A stretch of 64,000 bases of DNA from Polyangia bacterium (GTDB taxonomy: Bacteria > Myxococcota_A > Polyangia > Polyangiales > Polyangiaceae): assembly GCA_030426145.1 (NCBI GenBank), contig JAUHZF010000008.1:819-64818 (forward strand). The letters run 5' to 3'. Under the pieces are notes generated by a model. That model was not told the DNA's origin and did not search any database. It saw only the letters and a list, made by a program, of their open reading frames with translations. The stretch's first letter is position 1, and the number at the start of each line of letters is the position of its first letter. Positions 8,768 through 16,560 of this stretch are shown in pieces. The position numbers and the translations under genes were made by a program.

Positions 8768-9439
8768 TCAGTCACGGGCCCCGAAGATGGCCGTCCCCAC
8801 CCTCACGATGGTCGCCCCTTCTTCGATCGCGACCGGAAAATCGGACGACATACCCATCGAGAGCTCAGGCCCAGCGTCGTGCCGCTCGCGCAGCTCGCGC
8901 AGCTGTCGGAAGAAGCCCCGCACGTCTTCGGGGTCATCGACCGGGGGTGGCATCGTCATGAGACCCCTCAGCTCGAGGTGCTCGCAGCCGCGTGCCTCGG
9001 CCACCAGCTCCCCCAAGACCTCCGGCGTGCAGCCGCTCTTGCTCGCCTCCCCCGCGAGGTTCACCTGCAACAGCACCCCCAACGGAGACGTGGTCCGCTT
9101 GTCGAGGGCTCGCAGCAGCTTGGCGCTGTCGACCCCGTGCACCAGCCCCAGACCCTCTACCGCGAGCAGGGCATTGGCTTTGTTGCGCTGCAGATGGCCG
9201 ATGTAGTGCCACACCAAGCCGGGGTGCGCGCCGACCTGAGGCGCCTTGTCGACGAGCTCCTGCACGTAGTTCTCTCCGAAGTGCCGGGCCCCAGCCACGT
9301 AGGCGGTCACCACGTCTTCGGCTGGCTTGCGCTTCGACACCGCAACCAGGGTCACCTCCGACGGGTCCCGTTTGGCGCGAAGAGCCGCGGCTTCGATCCG
9401 TCGATGGACGGCGGCCAGGCGCTCGGAGAGCTCGGTCAC
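8768..9439 (-). CDS. yggS: YggS-family pyridoxal-phosphate homeostasis protein
   Basis: Family hallmarks: LVAVSKRKP, HFGENYVQEL, WHYIGHLQRNK, LSMGMSSDF, VRVGTAIFG. Confidence 0.9.
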   Translation of the reverse strand: MTELSERLAAVHRRIEAAALRAKRDPSEVTLVAVSKRKPAEDVVTAYVAGARHFGENYVQELVDKAPQVGAHPGLVWHYIGHLQRNKANALLAVEGLGLVHGVDSAKLLRALDKRTTSPLGVLLQVNLAGEASKSGCTPEVLGELVAEARGCEHLELRGLMTMPPPVDDPEDVRGFFRQLRELRERHDAGPELSMGMSSDFPVAIEEGATIVRVGTAIFGARD

Positions 9440-9442
9440 GAC

Positions 9443-9835
9443 TCAGCCCCCCGGGTTGGACTGAGGACTCATGTCGGGGAGCGAGGCGAGCCGCTTGGTG
9501 ATCCGCGTCTCGACCACGTCTGCATCGATGCCCAGGGCCGCCGCGGCGATGAGGAGGAACGTGCGTTCCGCGGGGTGCACGATGGCATCGACGACCGCCG
9601 CCTCGATGAGCAGCGCCATCACGCGCCGCCTCAGCTCGTCCGGGAGAGCCCGGAGCGATGCCGACGCTTCGCCTGCATCCCGAATGGCCTTCAAGCCTCC
9701 ACGGTCCTCCGGCGGCAGGTTGAAACGCGTGTAGATGCGGTCGAGAAACGCGCGCTCCTCGTCGCGCATCACGCCATCGGCGTGCAGAACACCAGCCACC
9801 AACTCGCAGATCTTCTGCCGTTCGGAGAGCTCCAT
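9443..9835 (-). CDS. TerB-like (tellurite-resistance TerB family) protein
   Basis: VLHADGVMRDEERAFLDRI matches the TerB-type aDG...E motif. I chose the start at MELSERQK; the ORF could extend to 9874. Confidence 0.6.
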   Translation of the reverse strand: MELSERQKICELVAGVLHADGVMRDEERAFLDRIYTRFNLPPEDRGGLKAIRDAGEASASLRALPDELRRRVMALLIEAAVVDAIVHPAERTFLLIAAAALGIDADVVETRITKRLASLPDMSPQSNPGG

Positions 9836-9905
9836 CCCGCCCAGCCTACAACCGATCGACGCCCGCTGGGTCAACGGCTCGCGCGTCCCGGGCTAGACTC
9901 GCTGG

Positions 9906-11573
9906 GTGAGCACCCCCACGCGCCGGTCGCGGGTCGGCTCGGCCCCCGACCCCATGTGTTTGGAGCGCAACCTGGCCGCCCTCGCGACGCACCAGGCGAG
10001 CCTCGTCGAGCGACTGCGGTCCGTGCCGTTCACCTCCATCACCGCAGCCGTGACCGGGGAGCCCACGGCCACCCTGGAGGTGCCCCACGAACGCCGTCTT
10101 CACTCCGCGTTTGCCCCTGGGCTCGAGGCTCAGGCGCAGCTCGACACGCTCGACGTGACCCGGCCCGTGTGGCTGGTCGGCCTCGGCCTCGGTTACCTCG
10201 CAGACGCCCTGCTCGAACGCGATGTGCCCGGGCTCCTCGTGACCGAGCCCAACCTGTCGATCCTCAAGACGGCCCTGGCCCTCTTCGACTTCGAGGCCTC
10301 GCTCGCCGCGGGCCGACTGCGTGTCTGCCACGACGAGCGCGCGGACCACGCCGTGCTCACGCCCTTGCCCACCCAGCGATTCATCCACCCTGCCTTGGCC
10401 GACGTCTACGAGGATCGGGCACGCCGGGCGCGCTTCGAGGCCCGGCGCGAGGGGGCGCGCGGCACGGTGCTGATGATGCACGGCAAGCTCTTCGTGGCCG
10501 ACCTGGCCGAGCTGCTCGAGGCACAGGGCTGGGCGGTGCGCATCGCCAAGCCGGCCGGCCTCGACGTGGCTCGGTTCGATGCCCTCCTCGAGGAGACGAA
10601 GCCGCGCTTCTTGTTCACCGTCAACTTCAGCCCCGAGCTCGCCTTCCTCGCGACGCGCCGCGGCCTGACCTACCTGTCGTGGACCATCGATCCCCTCCCG
10701 CCGTCGCGCCTGCAGCTGCTCCCCGGCACCGACCCCGAACGATGCGTGGCCTTCGCGCACCGACACGCCATCGTGCATGCGTTGAGGGCGGCTGGCCTCA
10801 CGCGGTGTGCGTTCATGCCCCTCGCCGCTTCGCCCTCACGGCGCCCGGCCGAACAGGGGCTCGAACGCTATCGGTGCGCCGTCAGCTTCGTCGGGAGCTC
10901 GCTCGTGGTGGAGGAGCGTTCGTTGATGAAGCGCCTCGAAGCCCTAGGTGCTCCGACCGACCTGTGGCCCCGCGTGGTGACCTGGCTCGACGAGCGCTTC
11001 GACGCACGTGGTCGCGACCTGTCGTTCGAGGGGATCGGTCCTGAGGATCTGCCGGACTTCGTGCGTTCGGCGCTACCCGAGGCCGACGCCGTCGAGCTGG
11101 CCGACCGCGCCAACGGCGCCTTGTCGCACCGACTCCGCATGCGCCGGGTCGAGCTGCTCGACGACCTGAAGATCGATGTCTACGGGGACGACGGCTGGGA
11201 GCCGCTCGGCGCCCGCTACCGGGGACGTGCCCATCACGGTGAGGAGCTGACCACCATCTACACCGCGAGCGGAGCCAACCTCGACGTGCCGAGGATCTAC
11301 CAACGCGACATCGTGACGATGCGGGTCTTCGACGTGATGCGCTGCCGCGGCGTGGTGCTGGCCGAAGCGAGCCCCGCGTTGAAGGAGCTGTTCGACGACG
11401 CCCACCTCCTCACCTACACCGACGATGCTTCTCTGAGGGCCCAGGTTCTGCGCCTGCGCGACGACCCCACCCTCGGCGCGTCCATCGGCGAGGCGGCACG
11501 TCGTCACGTCGAAGCCCATCACACCATGACCCACCGCCTCGCGACCCTGCTGCAGGCCGTGGAGAGCTCCTAA
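9906..11573 (+). CDS. CgeB-like glycosyltransferase-family protein (function uncertain)
   Basis: 555-aa ORF. The C-terminal part (RVFDVMRCRGVVLAE...LLTYTDDASLRAQV) resembles the CgeB / Glyco_trans_1_2-type C-terminal domain. An alternative start is Met17 (9954). Confidence 0.55.
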   Translation: MSTPTRRSRVGSAPDPMCLERNLAALATHQASLVERLRSVPFTSITAAVTGEPTATLEVPHERRLHSAFAPGLEAQAQLDTLDVTRPVWLVGLGLGYLADALLERDVPGLLVTEPNLSILKTALALFDFEASLAAGRLRVCHDERADHAVLTPLPTQRFIHPALADVYEDRARRARFEARREGARGTVLMMHGKLFVADLAELLEAQGWAVRIAKPAGLDVARFDALLEETKPRFLFTVNFSPELAFLATRRGLTYLSWTIDPLPPSRLQLLPGTDPERCVAFAHRHAIVHALRAAGLTRCAFMPLAASPSRRPAEQGLERYRCAVSFVGSSLVVEERSLMKRLEALGAPTDLWPRVVTWLDERFDARGRDLSFEGIGPEDLPDFVRSALPEADAVELADRANGALSHRLRMRRVELLDDLKIDVYGDDGWEPLGARYRGRAHHGEELTTIYTASGANLDVPRIYQRDIVTMRVFDVMRCRGVVLAEASPALKELFDDAHLLTYTDDASLRAQVLRLRDDPTLGASIGEAARRHVEAHHTMTHRLATLLQAVESS

Positions 11574-11621
11574 GCGTCGAGTGGCGTACAGCCGACAACG
11601 CATCTAGGGTTCGCGCTGCAT

Positions 11622-12656
11622 ATGCCTCAACCAACGGAAGAAGAGCTCCAGAAGGCCCCAGTCTTCGAATCCATATCGGACGCGCTCTCTGCCGACGGCC
11701 CCGTCTACAAGCTCTCGACGGCCGTGGCTCATGACGCAAAGGAGCTCGCCGAGCTGAGCGACCTCGTCGAGCTCACCCTCGGTGGCTCCGTCGCGCCTCC
11801 GAACTCCATCGGCGAACTCCCCAACCTCCGCCAGCTGGAGGTGAGCATGCCCATGGTCGAGTTCCCGAGCTGGGTCGAACGACTCCCGCGCGGCCTCCGA
11901 AGCCTCACCCTCACCATGGCCAGCTTCGACACGGTCCCGGAGTCTCTCGGTGAGCTCAGCTCGCTGCGCTCCCTCACCCTCGGTAGCAACAAGCTGAAGA
12001 AGCTTCCCGACAGCATCGGGAGCCTCGTCGACCTTCGTCGAATCGCCATTCGCGAGGGCAAGCTCACCGGCCTGCCGCAGACCCTCGGTGGTCTGACACG
12101 GCTCAAGAAGCTCGAGGTCACCAACAACAAGCTCACGGCCCTCCCCGAGTCGCTCTGCGATTGCGCCGACCTCGGCGAGATCGACCTCACCAAGAACGCC
12201 CTCAAAGCCCTCCCGGAGCGACTTGGCGAGCTGCAGAGATTGAGGGTCCTCAAGCTCGACAAGAACAAGCTCAGCGCGCTCCCCGCTTCTCTCTTTACCG
12301 TGGGGGCCCTCGAGGTCCTGAGCGCACGGGAGAACGGCATCGAAGCCCTGTCGGACGACGTGGTTCGACTCGCCAAGCTGCGTGAGCTGCACCTCGGGCA
12401 CAACGCCCTCGCCACCCTTCCCGAGCTGTCCGGCCTGCCCTTGAAGAAGCTCGACGTCAGCCACAACGAGCTCGCGGCCTTACCGGCATCCGTGGGCGAG
12501 CTCCCCCTGCAGCTGTTGGTCGTCGAGAGCAACAAGCTACGCGGCCTGCCCGCTATTGTGGCCAAGCTCAAGAAGGCGACCGTCTACGCCAAAGGCAACC
12601 GCCTGCCCAAAGCCGAGCGCGACGCACTCAAGGGACGCAAGAACGTGTACCTATGA
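11622..12656 (+). CDS. Leucine-rich repeat (LRR) protein
   Basis: At least 12 consecutive LxxLxLxxNxLxxLPxxL repeats with a ~23-aa period are readable in the translation. Confidence 0.85.
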   Translation: MPQPTEEELQKAPVFESISDALSADGPVYKLSTAVAHDAKELAELSDLVELTLGGSVAPPNSIGELPNLRQLEVSMPMVEFPSWVERLPRGLRSLTLTMASFDTVPESLGELSSLRSLTLGSNKLKKLPDSIGSLVDLRRIAIREGKLTGLPQTLGGLTRLKKLEVTNNKLTALPESLCDCADLGEIDLTKNALKALPERLGELQRLRVLKLDKNKLSALPASLFTVGALEVLSARENGIEALSDDVVRLAKLRELHLGHNALATLPELSGLPLKKLDVSHNELAALPASVGELPLQLLVVESNKLRGLPAIVAKLKKATVYAKGNRLPKAERDALKGRKNVYL

Positions 12657-13619
12657 CGAGGTTCGTAGCTCGAATCGCTCGAGCCACTGCCCCACGTCGG
12701 AAGCACTCCAGGGTCCGAGAAACAACAGCTCCGAATCCGCCGGCGCTCGTACGGTCCGAACCATCTCGTCTGCCGTGCGATAGGGCTGCGGGATGTCGAG
12801 CCGATTGATGTCACCCCGTCGTGGCCCCAGGCCTGCGCGAAGGACCACGCCCGCGCCCACAGAGGTCACCGAAACCTGATCGCGATCCGCCAATGCTGCG
12901 GCAGGGCCGGTCACGCGCCGAAGCAGCTCTTCACCGAGAAAGGTCAACCAGTTGACCGAGCGCAACTGCCCGTGAAGCTTGTCCATATTTCGAATGTGGA
13001 AGCCCACGTCGTATCCCACGAAGCGTCGAGCATGGGCGTAGATGGCCGCACACGGGACGTCTGCACCGTTCAAGCGTTGCATCGAGTAGGTAAAGCCAGC
13101 GGCTCCCCAACGAAATCGCAAACGACTCGCAATGGCCGTCACCCGAGCCGCGAAGTCCTCCACATCTCCATCGTCGGGTACCGTGAGTCTGAGGCAGGCT
13201 CGGGCCGGTAAACGCGTCGACTCCGCAAGGACCGGCGCGATCTCGCTCCAGAATGCATAACCGAAGGGCGAGGCGCTTCGGCCATCCCCCTCGCCGTGAA
13301 GCGTGACCTCGAAGTCGTTGCGGCCGAACTTGGTTAGGTTGTTGATGAGGAACTGCTCGTTCGGCGTCGCCTGGGCAGGAGCATCGAGGCGGCCAGCATA
13401 GCTGGAGATGTAATCCAGATGCTTCCGCCGCGCCGCCATGGGTTCCATGGCACACGACATGGTGGTGAGGTTCAGCTCTGAACCGAACCAGTCCCATATC
13501 AAATCGTTGACCTCATCGAGCCGCGCCTCGTCGTCGGGCTCGAGGTGCTCGAGGTGAAAGTACGCCCCCAGGGCACTAAAGAGCACAGGCGCTCCTGCTT
13601 GCGAGGCGAGCGGTCTCAT
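12651..13619 (-). CDS. Hypothetical protein, DUF3396-like; candidate T6SS immunity-family protein
   Basis: The true start is MRPLASQAGAPVLF at 13619, an ATGA overlap with the upstream stop; the listed 439-aa form is an Arg-rich extension. The blocks FGYAFW, RFRWGAAGFTYS and VNWLTFLGEELL remind me of DUF3396, annotated elsewhere as a type VI immunity family. This is memory-based and unverified. Confidence 0.65.
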   Translation of the reverse strand: MRPLASQAGAPVLFSALGAYFHLEHLEPDDEARLDEVNDLIWDWFGSELNLTTMSCAMEPMAARRKHLDYISSYAGRLDAPAQATPNEQFLINNLTKFGRNDFEVTLHGEGDGRSASPFGYAFWSEIAPVLAESTRLPARACLRLTVPDDGDVEDFAARVTAIASRLRFRWGAAGFTYSMQRLNGADVPCAAIYAHARRFVGYDVGFHIRNMDKLHGQLRSVNWLTFLGEELLRRVTGPAAALADRDQVSVTSVGAGVVLRAGLGPRRGDINRLDIPQPYRTADEMVRTVRAPADSELLFLGPWSASDVGQWLERFELRTSS

Positions 13620-14419
13620 AGCGCCACCTCGACCTCGACGAGCGCGTTCTGCTCGTGGTGAAACCGCGTCAGCATGTTGAGCAAGACCGCCTTGGCCGGC
13701 TGCGGGGTCCAGAGGAACTCGGGAAAGAAGGCCCGCAGCTCGTCCTTCGCCTGACCGTAGGCCGGAAGCGACTTGTGGGGATTGAACTGCACCTCGCCGC
13801 CGAGCTCGGTGCGGTAGAGCTGGATGAAGGTGACCCAGTACTGACACAACTCCTCGAGGCGTTGGCGCATCTCTGCCGTGAGCGCCCCATCGAGCAACAC
13901 CCTCAGCTCGGTTCGGTCCTCGTGAGGGTGTCGCGCCGCGTCGATGACTCGGAATGGCCACTGCCCCCACGCTTCCGGGTAGTCCTTCGCATTGGCGAGC
14001 CAGTACTGCACCATGGGTGTGGTGACGGAATGATCACTCTGGTCGGTGGGCACGGATCCGACGACGCTAATCGTGGTCACGGGATAGCCGACCCCGCTGA
14101 GGCTCAGCTGCTCGACGACGTTGCGCATGAACGTCCGCGCGACCCCCTCGACCTCGAGCGTGAAGTGGTGCTCGGCCCCCACCGCCTCCTCATCCGTCAT
14201 CGGCCCCGTGAGCACCCTCGCCTGACCCACCCTGGGATCGAAGGCGCGCCCCCCTGCCGCACCGAGCGCGATGGCATCGACGATGTTGGCGACCGCGACA
14301 TTGACATAGGGCGCGACCGGATCACTCGCGATCTTGATGTACAGCGCCAGAGTCTGCGGCTCGGGACTCTCGCGATAGGCGACCTGGAGCGCCGTGCCTG
14401 AAAAGTCGAGATTGGACAT
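13616..14419 (-). CDS. Hypothetical protein; candidate cognate immunity protein, immediately downstream of the putative toxin
   Basis: 267-aa ORF starting 4 nt after the toxin stop. The composition is balanced. I recognised no family. Confidence 0.65.
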   Translation of the reverse strand: MSNLDFSGTALQVAYRESPEPQTLALYIKIASDPVAPYVNVAVANIVDAIALGAAGGRAFDPRVGQARVLTGPMTDEEAVGAEHHFTLEVEGVARTFMRNVVEQLSLSGVGYPVTTISVVGSVPTDQSDHSVTTPMVQYWLANAKDYPEAWGQWPFRVIDAARHPHEDRTELRVLLDGALTAEMRQRLEELCQYWVTFIQLYRTELGGEVQFNPHKSLPAYGQAKDELRAFFPEFLWTPQPAKAVLLNMLTRFHHEQNALVEVEVAL

Positions 14420-14422
14420 GGC

Positions 14423-15097
14423 TCAACGAGGGCAGTTCTGGTGGTTCGGACCGCGCTTACCACACTTCTCGGCACTCGCTTCGAAGCCCTTGTTGGGGTC
14501 GTTGAGCATCTGGTAGTCCTCCTCTTGGCCGTTGCGGTACCTGTCGAAAGGGCCCTTGATTTCGAGGGTGCGGTTGCCGACCAGCCCGTCGGGGAATCGC
14601 AGCCGGCAGCCGTTACCATAGACCTGCCGCCACCCGTTCACGCCTGGCGCCACGTTGCGGAACATCTGGCCGATGCCGAGACAGTTGCGAAAGACGCCGC
14701 CGCTCATGCCCGAGAGCATGCCCATGCCGGCTCCAAGGAGTGTTCCGCCCGCCATGTAGGCGGCCCTCGCGTGTCCTCCCGCAACCGCGCGACAGGCCGG
14801 GCCGATGACCGGGTTGTTGGCGAGGCTCGCCGCGGTGCCGACAAACCTACCCACGATGCAAGGCACCTCGCGAGCCGTGGCCGCCGCAAGCGCACGCCCG
14901 GCCTGGGTGTTCGGCGCCGGGAGGTTGTTGAGCGCGTCGAAGAAGTAGTTGTTGAAGGTGCCGCGTGGTCGAAGTCGGGGGCGCTGACAGAAGACCTCGG
15001 CCGCCTGCGTGAAGGCGCGGCAGTACAGCTCCCACTTCTGCCCGTCAGGCATGGTGAGGCCGGCATTGACGAGCGCGGTTGGAGCTTGGGTCGCCAT
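14423..15097 (-). CDS. Putative T6SS cargo effector with a C-terminal PD-(D/E)xK-like motif
   Basis: 224 aa, directly downstream of the PAAR-like gene. It contains a Gly-zipper-like hydrophobic stretch (GGTLLGAGMGMLSGMSGG) and, near the C-terminus, RLRFPDGLVGNRTLEIKGPFDRYRNGQ, which fits PD...ExK. Confidence 0.65.
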   Translation of the reverse strand: MATQAPTALVNAGLTMPDGQKWELYCRAFTQAAEVFCQRPRLRPRGTFNNYFFDALNNLPAPNTQAGRALAAATAREVPCIVGRFVGTAASLANNPVIGPACRAVAGGHARAAYMAGGTLLGAGMGMLSGMSGGVFRNCLGIGQMFRNVAPGVNGWRQVYGNGCRLRFPDGLVGNRTLEIKGPFDRYRNGQEEDYQMLNDPNKGFEASAEKCGKRGPNHQNCPR

Positions 15098-15126
15098 GCG
15101 TCAGCCCCTCATCACCGAGCCGGGGA

Positions 15127-15501
15127 CTATGTGTTGGAGTTGCCGCTGTCGAGCGTGCGTGCCACGCCACCCGACTCGGCCTTCACGTCGTTCGACGACA
15201 TGGTGATCTTGCACATACCCATGATCTTGTTGCTCACCACCCCGAGCGCGACGCCCGGTTGATCGCCGTTGGATAGAGCAGACTTGCCCTTCTTGGTCCA
15301 CATCGGCGTCGCCATGACCAAGGTCTTGGTGGTGTACCCAGGGCCCATCGTCGCCGACAAGGCGATGTTCGGATAGGGCATGGGCACGGGGCCGCCGGGG
15401 GTAGGTGTTTTGCACACGTCGAGGGGTCCCGTCGTCACTGCTGTGTGGCCCGAAGCAACGCTGGCGCAGAACTTTTTCGAATTGACGAGCGGCACGCCCA
15501 C
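15127..15501 (-). CDS. PAAR-like DUF4150 domain protein (T6SS spike-tip protein)
   Basis: Hallmarks: PLDVCKTPTPGGPVPMPYPN, SNGDQPGVALGVVSN, and the C-terminal SSNDVKAESGGVARTLDSGNSN. Confidence 0.8.
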   Translation of the reverse strand: MGVPLVNSKKFCASVASGHTAVTTGPLDVCKTPTPGGPVPMPYPNIALSATMGPGYTTKTLVMATPMWTKKGKSALSNGDQPGVALGVVSNKIMGMCKITMSSNDVKAESGGVARTLDSGNSNT

Positions 15502-15555
15502 AGTTTGGCACGTTCCGGCGATGATGTCCTCGGGCGGACAGCGCTCGCAGATCCC

Positions 15556-16560
15556 TCACAGCTTCTCCTTGCGCATGATGAGGAGCTGTTCGACCTCCTC
15601 GTACTTCCTCGGGAGGCGGAAGGACGCGCGCCAGGTGAGCTCGACCCGCATAGCGTCGGCGTCGATCAGCACCGTGTCGAGATGGCTTCTCGCCTCGCTG
15701 CGGCGGCCCGCAACCAACATCGAGAACCCGAGGTGGAGACGGGGCAGCGCGAACTGCCACAGCCCCTCCGGTGTTGCGCCGATGACCTCGACCGGCTCAT
15801 CGCCAGCCAAACCAGCCATGCACCATTGGTCCTCGGGAGCACACACATTGAAGCGCGGATCGAAGTCGTCGGGCAGGAGCGGCATCTTGTAGCTCATCCA
15901 CGCTTCGTCGTAGGTCCCGGCGAAGCGACAGCGTGGCTCCCAATGTCGGTGAAGGGGTCCAAAGCACCATGGCGTGTGGTCGCTCGTGAGGCTGCCTCGC
16001 TCGATCTGCACCGCGGGCTGGCCTACGAGCTGGGACGGGTCGCTCGCCACCCCACGGCCGACCGTGTTGCGCGCGTCGCCAACCGGTCGCTCTGGGTCCG
16101 ACAGGTCGAGACCGCCCCATGCGAGCTCGTACTTCAGCGGCACGGGCTGCTGGATGGGCTGTGCCGGTCCTGGCCATGGTCGCCCACCGCTAGTGCTTTC
16201 CCAGACCCTGGGTCCGTAGACACGCGCCGACTTCTTGATGGGACCCATACGCAACGACACGTCGACCGCCTTGTCCAAGCCCGGACGACGAGGGTGCGCG
16301 TGGCCCACCAACAGGACATCCGTCCCTGGCTTGAAGTCAAAGACATCGGAGGGCTTGCGAATGCTGCTCATGGCCGGGTCCTCGCCGTGCCATTCATCCA
16401 CCAAGTAAGGACGCGGGGCCTCGGTCGCCGCCGTGACGTGGCCACGCGCATCCACATCGAAGGTCTGCTTCGCGATGAGTACGATCTGGTCGCGCCCGTC
16501 CTTGTCCTTCATCGGAAGGGCCGCGTGCTGCGTCGGCGACTCGTTCAATACGTCGAGCAT
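15556..16560 (-). CDS. DUF2169 domain protein (VgrG-associated adaptor family)
   Basis: The start MLDVLNESPT at 16560 overlaps the vgrG stop (TGATG). DUF2169-like blocks: IVLIAKQTFDV, FKPGTDVLLVGHAH, CFGPLHRHW, FNVCAPEDQ, DTVLIDADAMRVELTWR. The listed 534-aa form is a spurious extension. Confidence 0.85.
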   Translation of the reverse strand: MLDVLNESPTQHAALPMKDKDGRDQIVLIAKQTFDVDARGHVTAATEAPRPYLVDEWHGEDPAMSSIRKPSDVFDFKPGTDVLLVGHAHPRRPGLDKAVDVSLRMGPIKKSARVYGPRVWESTSGGRPWPGPAQPIQQPVPLKYELAWGGLDLSDPERPVGDARNTVGRGVASDPSQLVGQPAVQIERGSLTSDHTPWCFGPLHRHWEPRCRFAGTYDEAWMSYKMPLLPDDFDPRFNVCAPEDQWCMAGLAGDEPVEVIGATPEGLWQFALPRLHLGFSMLVAGRRSEARSHLDTVLIDADAMRVELTWRASFRLPRKYEEVEQLLIMRKEKL

